Origin: Candidatus Thorarchaeota archaeon
Lineage (GTDB): Archaea; Asgardarchaeota; Thorarchaeia; Thorarchaeales; Thorarchaeaceae
NCBI GenBank assembly: GCA_029858305.1
Contig: JAOUFI010000081.1
Location: 1 to 10,166, forward strand
DNA: 10,166 nt
Direction: 5' to 3'
Under the pieces are notes generated by a model, which had not been told where the DNA came from, did no database searches, and saw only the letters and a list, made by a program, of their open reading frames with translations. Both the position numbers and the translations under genes were made by a program. Below are positions 1 through 7,632 of this stretch, one piece after another; the first letter of the stretch is position 1; each line of letters starts with the position of its first letter.

Positions 1-123
1 CCTGTTTAGGAGCTCATCCACAGAGAGCCCGGGTCTGAGAGCTTGCGTGTGTTCGTCATAGATGCTTGAAATCGTCCCGCCCGTAGTTATCAAACATATT
101 TTTACAGTTTCTTTAGAGGTCAT
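1..123 (-). CDS. L-asparaginase (type I/AnsA-like), N-terminal 41 aa; gene continues off the left edge
   Basis: Manual translation from ATG at 123: MTSKETVKICLITTGGTISSIYDEHTQALRPGLSVDELLNR, open to position 1. Contains the asparaginase/glutaminase catalytic signature TGGTI. The motif starts at residue 14, so the extra N-terminal domain of GatD is absent. Not in the ORF track. Confidence 0.85.
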   Translation of the reverse strand, partial: MTSKETVKICLITTGGTISSIYDEHTQALRPGLSVDELLNR

Positions 124-202
124 TGAGGCATTCCCCACACAGGAAACACACTAGTAGATTTATTCATGTTGTGATATATAATTACTAGTTAGGTGATTAT
201 GA
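124..202. promoter_or_regulatory. Divergent promoter region between the asparaginase and reductase genes, with Shine-Dalgarno AGGTGA at 191-196
   Basis: 79-nt AT-rich spacer between head-to-head genes. TATA-like TTTATT (~159-164) and TATATAAT (~175-182). AGGTGA lies 6 nt upstream of the TTG start at 203. Confidence 0.55.
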
Positions 203-1405
203 TTGTATGACCTTCTAGTCATAGGTGGAGGACCAGCAGGGGCAACCTGTGCTAGAAGAGCGGCAGAAAAGGGATTAGATGTTATTCTTATTGAGAAATC
301 GGTACACCCTCGAGAGAAACCCTGTGGAGGAGCACTCAGTCCACGAGCTGTAGATCTTCTTGATTTTGATATTTCACATCTTTTCGAGAGAGAGTATCAA
401 GCAGCTCTCCTTCACACTCCAGATGGAAAACAAACGGTCTTGACACGTGACGGATTCAAGGGATACCTGATACAGAGAAGGAGATTCGATGATTTCCTTC
501 TAAAGAAAGCAATTGAGGCAGGTGCAGAGGTCATACAGGGAACGGAAGTCGTCGCAATCGAGCAGCTTCGAAAAGGTATACGGGCTTTGGGAGTTGGTGA
601 GTCGTACAAAGCGCATCTATTGGTAGGAGCTGATGGAGTCAATGGAATTACAAGTAATCAACTTAGAATCAGGGATAGGTGGGATCCAAATTCTGTCGCC
701 GTTTGTATCAATGCAGAAGTTCCAACAGATCCATCGCACATTGAGCTAGTTACGACACACAAGGAGGGGCGCGGTCTGACCGTTCTAAATCTATACTTCG
801 GACTAGTTGAACTGGGGTATGGATGGTGTTTCCCTCTACGTGAATCACTCAACATTGGGATAGGTTGCAGGATGGATAAGGCACAGGGGCTTCGTCACAA
901 ATGGGAGCGATTCATCACACTCATTGAGAAGACAGTAGGCTGTAAACTTGATATTACTGGAGAAGTAGCAACACGAGTCCCTTTCGGCGGCTTAGCAGGT
1001 CGCTACGTGACAAGACGCTCAATGCTCATAGGAGACGCTGCTGGTCTCGCATCACCTATATCAGGTGAAGGAATTTCATATGCCATCGAGTCAGGGATAC
1101 TGGCAGCTGACATTGCTTTCAACTCGGTTAGCGAAAAATCATCAGGCCTAATAATTCATTATGAACAAAGGTTGAAACAGGGAATAATAAGGGAATTAAA
1201 AGAGTTGAGATCTCTTGCTAAGATTCTATACAAGTCAAATACGAATATCGAACTTCTGTGCAAAATTGCCAAAGAGGATGCTTTAATGAGAGAATACATG
1301 ACGGATATCTTGGCTAGAGCAAAACCAAATGCAGACATCTGGAATCGAATTCTTAAGAGAATGCTGCTACACCACCCCCTGAAGGCAATTAGACTCATTC
1401 TTTAG
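203..1405 (+). CDS. Geranylgeranyl reductase family FAD-dependent oxidoreductase
   Basis: 400 aa, TTG start with SD. Motifs: Rossmann VIGGGPAG, KPCGG, RxxFDxxL, GADG, GYGWCFP (YxWxFP) and IGDAAGLASPISGEGI. Substrate not determinable. Confidence 0.9.
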   Translation: MYDLLVIGGGPAGATCARRAAEKGLDVILIEKSVHPREKPCGGALSPRAVDLLDFDISHLFEREYQAALLHTPDGKQTVLTRDGFKGYLIQRRRFDDFLLKKAIEAGAEVIQGTEVVAIEQLRKGIRALGVGESYKAHLLVGADGVNGITSNQLRIRDRWDPNSVAVCINAEVPTDPSHIELVTTHKEGRGLTVLNLYFGLVELGYGWCFPLRESLNIGIGCRMDKAQGLRHKWERFITLIEKTVGCKLDITGEVATRVPFGGLAGRYVTRRSMLIGDAAGLASPISGEGISYAIESGILAADIAFNSVSEKSSGLIIHYEQRLKQGIIRELKELRSLAKILYKSNTNIELLCKIAKEDALMREYMTDILARAKPNADIWNRILKRMLLHHPLKAIRLIL

Positions 1406-2358
1406 CTGGAGTCTGTGGTTACTGATTCTTTGATCGAGTATGCTCCCTCCTTATCTAGGGAGATTGTAAGTAAATCCCGAGCGAGAATAGTATTAGGAAA
1501 ATACGTCTTCCCCTCGACCAAGATTGCTGAACCATCATAGTAACGAGGACTATAATGAGTAAGGACAAGAAGCTTGACTCCAACTTCAGAAGCCATCTTG
1601 GCAATATCCTCAGCTGTTGAATGACCTCGCTCTTGGGCAAGAATTGCATGTTCTGCTGTGTACATTGCCTCTGAGATGAGAACATCTGCATCCTTCGATG
1701 TTTCTCGGAGTGCTTGACAGGGACGAGTATCCCCAGAGTAAACTATTTTCAGGGGTCTTGGACGTGGTCCTGTAACATCTTCAGGATTGATGATTGTACC
1801 ATCACTTAGAACTACTGAATCTCCTTTTGCAAGGGTACTCCAAAGAGGACCTTTAGGTACACCCAACTCCTCAGCTTTCTCTGGAATGAATTCTCCCGTT
1901 GGATTCTGAAAGAGAACTTCATATCCAAGTGCAAATCCTCGATGGTCGACCTCAAAGGCTCGAATAGTAACGGGACTCTCCTGAAATATTATACCAGATT
2001 CAGTCAGACCATATACTACAGTTTCAAAGGTCGTGCCAAGATTGATAGTTGATTGACTGATTTTGACATATTCAATGAGTTCCTTTGGTCCATAGATAGT
2101 CAATGGCTTTAGTCGCCCAAGAAGAGAGAATCTCAATAAGAGACCTGGGAGGCCAATTAAATGATCGCTATGACCGTGAGTTATGAATATAGACATGTTC
2201 TTGTTCAATCCAAGACCTGCTCGCTCGAATTGACGTTGAACATCCTCGCCACAGTCAAATAGAAAGATCCATCCTAGGTACCGTATTGCAATTGCAGGCA
2301 GATTGCGACCTTCTGTTGGCATACTTCCTCCAGTACCGAGGAACACAATATCTATCAT
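1402..2358 (-). CDS. rnz: Ribonuclease Z (tRNase Z, short form)
   Basis: 318 aa. FLGTGGSMP, FDCGE, HGHSDH (HxHxDH), GP-type exosite GVPKGPLWSTLAKG, YSGDTRP, HST and THYSPRY. Stop codon overlaps the reductase stop within TTAG at 1402-1405. Confidence 0.95.
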   Translation of the reverse strand: MIDIVFLGTGGSMPTEGRNLPAIAIRYLGWIFLFDCGEDVQRQFERAGLGLNKNMSIFITHGHSDHLIGLPGLLLRFSLLGRLKPLTIYGPKELIEYVKISQSTINLGTTFETVVYGLTESGIIFQESPVTIRAFEVDHRGFALGYEVLFQNPTGEFIPEKAEELGVPKGPLWSTLAKGDSVVLSDGTIINPEDVTGPRPRPLKIVYSGDTRPCQALRETSKDADVLISEAMYTAEHAILAQERGHSTAEDIAKMASEVGVKLLVLTHYSPRYYDGSAILVEGKTYFPNTILARDLLTISLDKEGAYSIKESVTTDSS

Positions 2359-2418
2359 GAACTACTCACTTTGGTCCTAAGATATTGTACAGATATGGGT
2401 TTTGCCGCTTAGTTGTTT

Positions 2419-3843
2419 CTACGCTAGATCAATAGGAATGTTGTGCGGGCTTGCCTCTCTTCTCATAACACTGTATGTTGTCACATCGAAGTGTTGAGAA
2501 ACATCCCATGCCCAAGTGTTTCGACGACGATCGTACATTGGAGAAACCTTGGTTGTTCCACCGATTGCTGCATCAATAATCCATGCAGAATAATCATCGA
2601 CCTTTGAGGTTTCATCATCGAGCACATCTAATACAGACTTGCCTAGACCAGTGGGGAGTGCAGCAATGAACAGCATCTTCTTATCTGATTTATCTTCGAG
2701 ATTAGAGATTTGGCTCATGTAGGTCAAAGGCAAATTATGCCATCCAGGGTTGATATTGCCACCGACTTCTGGACTACAAACTACGACAATACGATCACTC
2801 AATTGAGGTATATTCACTCGTGCACGAGGGAGAATTATTTCATCGTTAAGAAGACCGGCCCTTTTTCGAAAAGCTGAACTCTGAGAAAGATTCGTAGTTT
2901 TCACGATATCATTTGCAGTCCCATCCAGACTCTCTACAAGCGCATCCATCACCAAAGTGTCTGATTTTTTGATTCGTACAATTTCTGAAGCGGCTGATAA
3001 AGGAGCGCCTGAAATAGTGATAGGATCACTGCCCTTTCGCAACATAAGGCGGAAGTGGAATAGATCCAGAGCCTTCCATCCCTGTTGTTGAGTAGAGTAG
3101 ATACTATTGAAATTGGGATGACCTGCGGACAATCCGTAGGCTTTAGTGTTTGTACTAGAATTCCTTAAGCTCCGAACAACATCGAGGAATTCTTTTCGTT
3201 TAGAAAACGGAACTGTTGCTACTGTGAGAACAAGTGGTGATCCATCATTATCATCAATAAAGAGACTCTTTTGGCAATAAGGACCTGACAATACAAAAGA
3301 AGGATTCTCTAAGACTATCAGAACGCGTTCGAGACCCAGTTTGTGTACATTTATCATACCACCGATTTTCAAAACACCACTATCAAAGAGACGCTTCTGC
3401 GCGCGACGGCATTGAGAGTAGGTCTGATTCGCTTTGAATGAGAGGTCTTTTAGGGAAGCACCAGGATTGTGAACTACGGCTTCAAGAAAGGTCAATTCTG
3501 TCTTTGAGAGCATAGAGATGTTATCCTCCCACAGCTGTGTGATGAGACTCATAACATCCCGTTGTGTGATGATCTCTACGCCGCCAAGTTTGAGAACTTG
3601 CCCCAATCGTTTCATGAGGGAAACATACAAACTTCCACGGTAAGATGTTACGATTTGTTGCAATCGAAAAAAATCAGCATCTTCTGTCATTACATCAATT
3701 TTCCCTCCTTCTTCGAATATTCTTACAAACCTCAGAATGGCTTGGGCACTTGGAGATAATTTCTTCTCAAGTTTCAAAGTGTCATCATCGGGCATTAGCT
3801 TGTCGTCCTGAACACGGTCATCTGAATCTGACTGCGTCACCAT
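2419..3843 (-). CDS. Hypothetical protein with two tandem Lrp/AsnC-like (wHTH plus alpha/beta) modules; putative DNA-binding regulator
   Basis: Module 1: LSKTELTFLEAVVHNPGASLKDLS...RRAQKRLFDSGVLKIGGMINVHKLGL. Module 2: IKKSDTLVMDALVESLDGTANDIV..NLSQSSAFRKRAGLLNDEIILP. Both fit the Lrp-type wHTH pattern. I prefer the ATG at 3843 (preceded by GGTGG) over the GTG at 3852. Confidence 0.6.
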   Translation of the reverse strand: MVTQSDSDDRVQDDKLMPDDDTLKLEKKLSPSAQAILRFVRIFEEGGKIDVMTEDADFFRLQQIVTSYRGSLYVSLMKRLGQVLKLGGVEIITQRDVMSLITQLWEDNISMLSKTELTFLEAVVHNPGASLKDLSFKANQTYSQCRRAQKRLFDSGVLKIGGMINVHKLGLERVLIVLENPSFVLSGPYCQKSLFIDDNDGSPLVLTVATVPFSKRKEFLDVVRSLRNSSTNTKAYGLSAGHPNFNSIYSTQQQGWKALDLFHFRLMLRKGSDPITISGAPLSAASEIVRIKKSDTLVMDALVESLDGTANDIVKTTNLSQSSAFRKRAGLLNDEIILPRARVNIPQLSDRIVVVCSPEVGGNINPGWHNLPLTYMSQISNLEDKSDKKMLFIAALPTGLGKSVLDVLDDETSKVDDYSAWIIDAAIGGTTKVSPMYDRRRNTWAWDVSQHFDVTTYSVMRREASPHNIPIDLA

Positions 3844-3911
3844 TTGTCCCACCGTGATAGTTCAAAGCGAGTGTTACTAACGGTAGAATATGTTTTGCAG
3901 AGAATTTAAGC

Positions 3912-4664
3912 TCAGATTTGTTTGGAGTCTTTCCAGAGGGATTCGAAATAACTACTAGACATGGCGGCGAAGATTGCATGGCTACTGTAAATACCAAGAA
4001 ACTCGTCACTATCTTGGCCACCAGCTAACATAATCAGAGTGTCTCTATGATCAACAACCAAACCTGCACCAAAGACGCGATCACGTGTTCGAACTTCGAA
4101 CTGGTGTGGAATGAGATCCTTGAGGGTATCTGTAATTGATGATGTAAGAATACGTACTTTGGCTTTGACTCCTAGGACTCGCTCAACTACCGTATCAACA
4201 TCGTCAGCTGAGAGGTCAAATGATGGCAACGAGAGAAGAACCTCTTCTTTGGCAGAATCAAGCATCTCCATGGCTTTTGCAAGAATTGAAGCGCGCCCAT
4301 GAATGACAAATACATCCCTTGTTGTTACCTTCGTTTCCTGCTCGAATAGGGGTTGAAGCTCTTCTACAACTACTCGACTTGATTCCTTAAGCCTCTCCTC
4401 CCAATCAAGCCGAATGAGTCGCATCACCTCGGTAGGAGCTTTTGCAACATATGATGTGGGGCGACCTTTGCGAACTTGAATGAATTGTTTCTCTTCTAGG
4501 CGGCCAAGAACGTCGTATATCCGAGAGAATGGCACCTTGGACTTTGCAGAGATCTCCGAAGCAGCCATCTGACCGCCAGCTACAAGCGTCAGATAGGCAT
4601 TTGTTTCATATTCAGTAAGTCCAAGCTGTTTGAGAGCTTTTAGAGTTGCCTCACTTACGGACAT
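3912..4664 (-). CDS. TrmB-family DNA-binding protein (short, TrmBL2-like architecture)
   Basis: GLTEYETNAYLTL...SEISAKSKVPFSRIYDVLGRLEEK..GRPTSY is a classic TrmB wHTH. It is followed by a coiled helix and a degenerate PLD-fold domain (LVVDHRDTLI, YFESLW). Likely start is ATG 4664 with upstream GGTG; the ORF track uses GTG 4673. Confidence 0.9.
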   Translation of the reverse strand: MSVSEATLKALKQLGLTEYETNAYLTLVAGGQMAASEISAKSKVPFSRIYDVLGRLEEKQFIQVRKGRPTSYVAKAPTEVMRLIRLDWEERLKESSRVVVEELQPLFEQETKVTTRDVFVIHGRASILAKAMEMLDSAKEEVLLSLPSFDLSADDVDTVVERVLGVKAKVRILTSSITDTLKDLIPHQFEVRTRDRVFGAGLVVDHRDTLIMLAGGQDSDEFLGIYSSHAIFAAMSSSYFESLWKDSKQI

Positions 4665-4699
4665 CCATAACACCGAGTTTTAGGTCGTCGCATTCAAAC

Positions 4700-5272
4700 T
4701 TAAGGATTCTCAGCTATGCTCGTTCTCCACTCCAAAAAGGCTCTAAAAGCCCTTGTTCGGTGCGAGATTTGGACTTTCTCGGAGAGCGATAGCTGAGCGT
4801 ATGTAGTAGAGAAGCCATCTGGAATGAAAATTGGATCATAGCCAAATCCGCCCTTACCTGAAGGAACTTCACTGATTATACCAGACATTTGACCTATGAA
4901 AGATTTCAGATTATTCTCATCACAAAACGCAACAGCTGTCACAAACCTTGCAGACCTGTCCGAAGCTCCCTCAATAAGTCTGAGGATGCCTTGATAGCCA
5001 ATAGTTTCAAGGACATACGCTGCGTAAGACCCAGGAAAATCATTTAGAACAGAAACAAAGAATCCGGTGTCATCCACGACAACGGGTCGGTTCAGAATCC
5101 CATGGGCATGTTTTGCTGCAGTCAGTGCGATATCCTCAACATCTTGAGACCGAATCTCAAGTTTCTCTAGATCAGTGGTATCAAAAGGGACATTGAACTC
5201 GTCAAAGAGGGGTTTCAGTTCTGCAAGCTTGTGCTTGTTCTGCGTGACTAGGACGATTCTATCCCTTGACAT
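4700..5272 (-). CDS. rdgB: Non-canonical purine NTP pyrophosphatase (XTP/dITP diphosphatase, RdgB/Ham1 family)
   Basis: 190 aa. VTQNKHKLAE, VVDDTGF, FPGSY, GFGYDPIF and the C-terminal EKxxISHR signature. Confidence 0.95.
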   Translation of the reverse strand: MSRDRIVLVTQNKHKLAELKPLFDEFNVPFDTTDLEKLEIRSQDVEDIALTAAKHAHGILNRPVVVDDTGFFVSVLNDFPGSYAAYVLETIGYQGILRLIEGASDRSARFVTAVAFCDENNLKSFIGQMSGIISEVPSGKGGFGYDPIFIPDGFSTTYAQLSLSEKVQISHRTRAFRAFLEWRTSIAENP

Positions 5273-6383
5273 ACGAAAGAATCTCCTTCATCACACTATA
5301 AGAAGACCTAGTCTTCGAGAGATCGTACATTCCAGTGGTATTCCAGAGGATAATATGCTGCAGACCTTGTGCGCAGTACTCCTCGAGTTTCTTGATTATC
5401 GTTTCTGCATCACCCATCATGTAGAAATTCTCTAAGACATCCTGAGGAACTGCATCAATTGCTCTTAGAGTCGTTTCTCTATCATAGCGCATTGGAATGT
5501 AATTTTTCAGAGAATGAAACTCATCTCCAAATGGATGTTCATAGCCTAATTTCCTCCAATCGCTTGCGGGCAATAGAAGTGCGAATGCTTTTGCCAAGGG
5601 AGTATTCATCATCCGTTCGCATTCAGACGGTTCGCTATCCAAAATACACCAGTTCCAAAGTGCAGCGGTGAAGTGGCCAGTTCTATCCATCTTCTTCCTA
5701 CGAGCTTGTATAGTCCTGAGGCCTTCGCCATAGACATCTGGTTGTAAAAGGGTTGGTATCCACCCATCACCATATTCTGCAGTAATCTCAAGCATCTTTG
5801 GGCCAAGAGCAGCAATCCAGATAGGAGGAGGTCTTCCCTCAGTAGAGGGACGCAGGGACATCACAGCATCCTTCAAGGACCAGTACTTCCCCTCAAAATT
5901 GAAGGGTTCATGGGTTTCCCAAATTAACCGAATAATCTGAAGAGCCTCTTTGAGTTTTCCTACCTGTCCACTGTAGTTGAGACCATAAGGTTCAATATTC
6001 TCAAGTTCGCCAGCACCAATTCCGAGGACCGTTCGTCCGCCACTGATCTGATCTAGTGTCAGAAATGTCTGCGCAATGAGCACAGGATGTCGTCTGATAG
6101 GCTCCGTGACAGAAGAGATAAGCTTCACTTTCTCGGTTACAGCTGCACATGCACCCATAATGGTACCTAATTCATAGTACGTGTGTGGCGATTGTTGAAG
6201 AAACGCCAGAGGAGTAATGTCAGCAGTCCAAACGCTTTCAGGAATGAAACCAGCAAAATGATCCGGAAAGGCCATGCTATCATAACCCAATGAGTCTATT
6301 GTCTTGGCATTCTTCAAAGCGTTTTCCCATGGAGGAAGGAAGGGTCCCGGAGCACCTATTTCAAGGTCATGTATATCGACCAT
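5259..6383 (-). CDS. LLM-class (luciferase-like) flavin/F420-dependent oxidoreductase
   Basis: 374 aa. GYDSMAFPDH, VTEPIRRHPVLIAQTFLTLDQISGGRTVLGIGAGE, FEGKYW and PPIWIAALGPKMLEITAEYGDGWIP. Overlaps rdgB by 14 nt. Confidence 0.9.
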   Translation of the reverse strand: MVDIHDLEIGAPGPFLPPWENALKNAKTIDSLGYDSMAFPDHFAGFIPESVWTADITPLAFLQQSPHTYYELGTIMGACAAVTEKVKLISSVTEPIRRHPVLIAQTFLTLDQISGGRTVLGIGAGELENIEPYGLNYSGQVGKLKEALQIIRLIWETHEPFNFEGKYWSLKDAVMSLRPSTEGRPPPIWIAALGPKMLEITAEYGDGWIPTLLQPDVYGEGLRTIQARRKKMDRTGHFTAALWNWCILDSEPSECERMMNTPLAKAFALLLPASDWRKLGYEHPFGDEFHSLKNYIPMRYDRETTLRAIDAVPQDVLENFYMMGDAETIIKKLEEYCAQGLQHIILWNTTGMYDLSKTRSSYSVMKEILSYVKG

Positions 6384-7565
6384 TTACTCACACGTCTCTG
6401 CAAAATGAATTAGTACGTTCTTGACTGTTTCGAAGTCGGATATATGCATAAACTCGTCTATTCCATGATAGTTATTGTCATCACGCAGTGTTCCAAAGCA
6501 AGCAGTTGGAATACCATGGGCTGTGAAATAGTGGCCATCATTACCACCTAAGTCTGCAGAGATTGGAATGTCTGGGGATGCAACCTCTTTGACGCTTGAA
6601 TGGAGTTTCTTGATGTAGCTGTTTTCTTGGTCAGAGCCCCATCCAGCATGTTTAGTCTTGAAATCAAGCGTCGCTTCTACGCAGGTTTCCTCCTTAGCCT
6701 TTTCGAGAAACTCCGCCAAGTTCTTTGCAACAATTTCTACATCTTCCTCTGGAATGGTTCTGCAATCGAAAGAAATCTCAGCTTTTCCAGGAATCGTATT
6801 GGTCTTGCTTCCTGCCTTGTAGACCGTCATTGAGAATCGGCCCCAGAGGGTTTGATGTGGACTACCTGGAGGAGCTGGAAACGTAGATTCGACATTTCGT
6901 CGAATGTCAACATAATCTAGCATGACTTGCATCAATGGAATAGAGAGATGAATCGCATTGGCAAATTTGAATGGGTAACCTGCATGACCTTGGACACCAT
7001 GAACGGTTATTGTTCCTGCGATAACACCACTTGCTCCAATACTCACGTACTCTGGTCCAGAGTCCACGACAATGCCAAAATTCCCGCGGATTTTAGGAGG
7101 CCCATTCATGAGGTAGTCGATACCCCAATCACCACCAATCTCTTCGTTGGGACTAATAAGTATCTTATAGTTCACCTTAGATGTAGCCCTCTTGATGAGT
7201 TGTTTTGCAGCACTCACAGAGGCGACTATGTTCCCCTTATTGTCACTGACACCACGACCGTACGCCTTCCCTTCTTTCAGGGTTAGTTTGAATGGAGGGT
7301 ATTTCCAGTCTTCTATATCTCCAGGGGGTACAACATCATAATGTGTACAGAGGAGAACAGTTGTCTTTGAGCCAGCATCCATTGTCGCAACGATGTTCGG
7401 TTGGGACTTATTATCATGATTGGAATCAAAAACTTCTACCTTGAGCCCTGCTTCTTCACAATACCGTTTGACTACCTCAGCACATTCTTGATAGTTCTTC
7501 TTTTCGTCGCTATTAGTATCTAGTTCAACTAACTCTCGAAGAAAAGCCTCTTCCCACTTGTCCAT
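6384..7565 (-). CDS. M20 family metallo-hydrolase (ArgE/DapE-like deacylase/peptidase)
   Basis: 393 aa. Metal-ligand motifs THYDVVP, GRGVSDNKG, PNEEIGG, GHAGYP, GGNDG and YHGIDE. The stop directly abuts the next start (TAAATG on the minus strand). Confidence 0.92.
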   Translation of the reverse strand: MDKWEEAFLRELVELDTNSDEKKNYQECAEVVKRYCEEAGLKVEVFDSNHDNKSQPNIVATMDAGSKTTVLLCTHYDVVPPGDIEDWKYPPFKLTLKEGKAYGRGVSDNKGNIVASVSAAKQLIKRATSKVNYKILISPNEEIGGDWGIDYLMNGPPKIRGNFGIVVDSGPEYVSIGASGVIAGTITVHGVQGHAGYPFKFANAIHLSIPLMQVMLDYVDIRRNVESTFPAPPGSPHQTLWGRFSMTVYKAGSKTNTIPGKAEISFDCRTIPEEDVEIVAKNLAEFLEKAKEETCVEATLDFKTKHAGWGSDQENSYIKKLHSSVKEVASPDIPISADLGGNDGHYFTAHGIPTACFGTLRDDNNYHGIDEFMHISDFETVKNVLIHFAETCE

Positions 7566-7632
7566 ATTTTATCAGCTCCCATTTTCTTATGTAATAGAAA
7601 CATAGCCACCTGATTAGTATTATGACACAATG

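Noticed and set aside
199-210. Mini-ORF ATG ATT GTA TGA overlapping the reductase start
   Set aside because: Three codons and only 2 nt from the SD. TTG 203 has proper spacing and gives the typical MYDLLVIGGG start. No evidence of a regulatory role or frameshift.
412-1691. Short alternative ORFs 412-642, 658-855, 1159-1398 and 1455-1691
   Set aside because: Antisense or out-of-frame shadows inside well-supported genes, with no recognisable motifs.
2635-2676. Walker A-like MLFIAALPTGLGKS in the double-Lrp protein (looks like SF2 helicase motif I)
   Set aside because: Only about 70 aa follow, with no DExD/H motif or room for a P-loop domain. It aligns with the non-P-loop segment VATVPFSKRK of module 1, so it is probably coincidental.
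3912-4330. Possible PLD-family nuclease activity in the TrmB C-terminal domain
   Set aside because: The HxKxxxxD catalytic motif is absent (FGAGLVVD), consistent with a non-catalytic domain.
3562-7286. Short alternative ORFs 3562-3759, 3645-3857, 3818-4021, 4111-4302, 5175-5435, 5459-5671, 5609-5815, 6600-6833 and 6927-7286
   Set aside because: All overlap longer, motif-supported genes and show no coding hallmarks.
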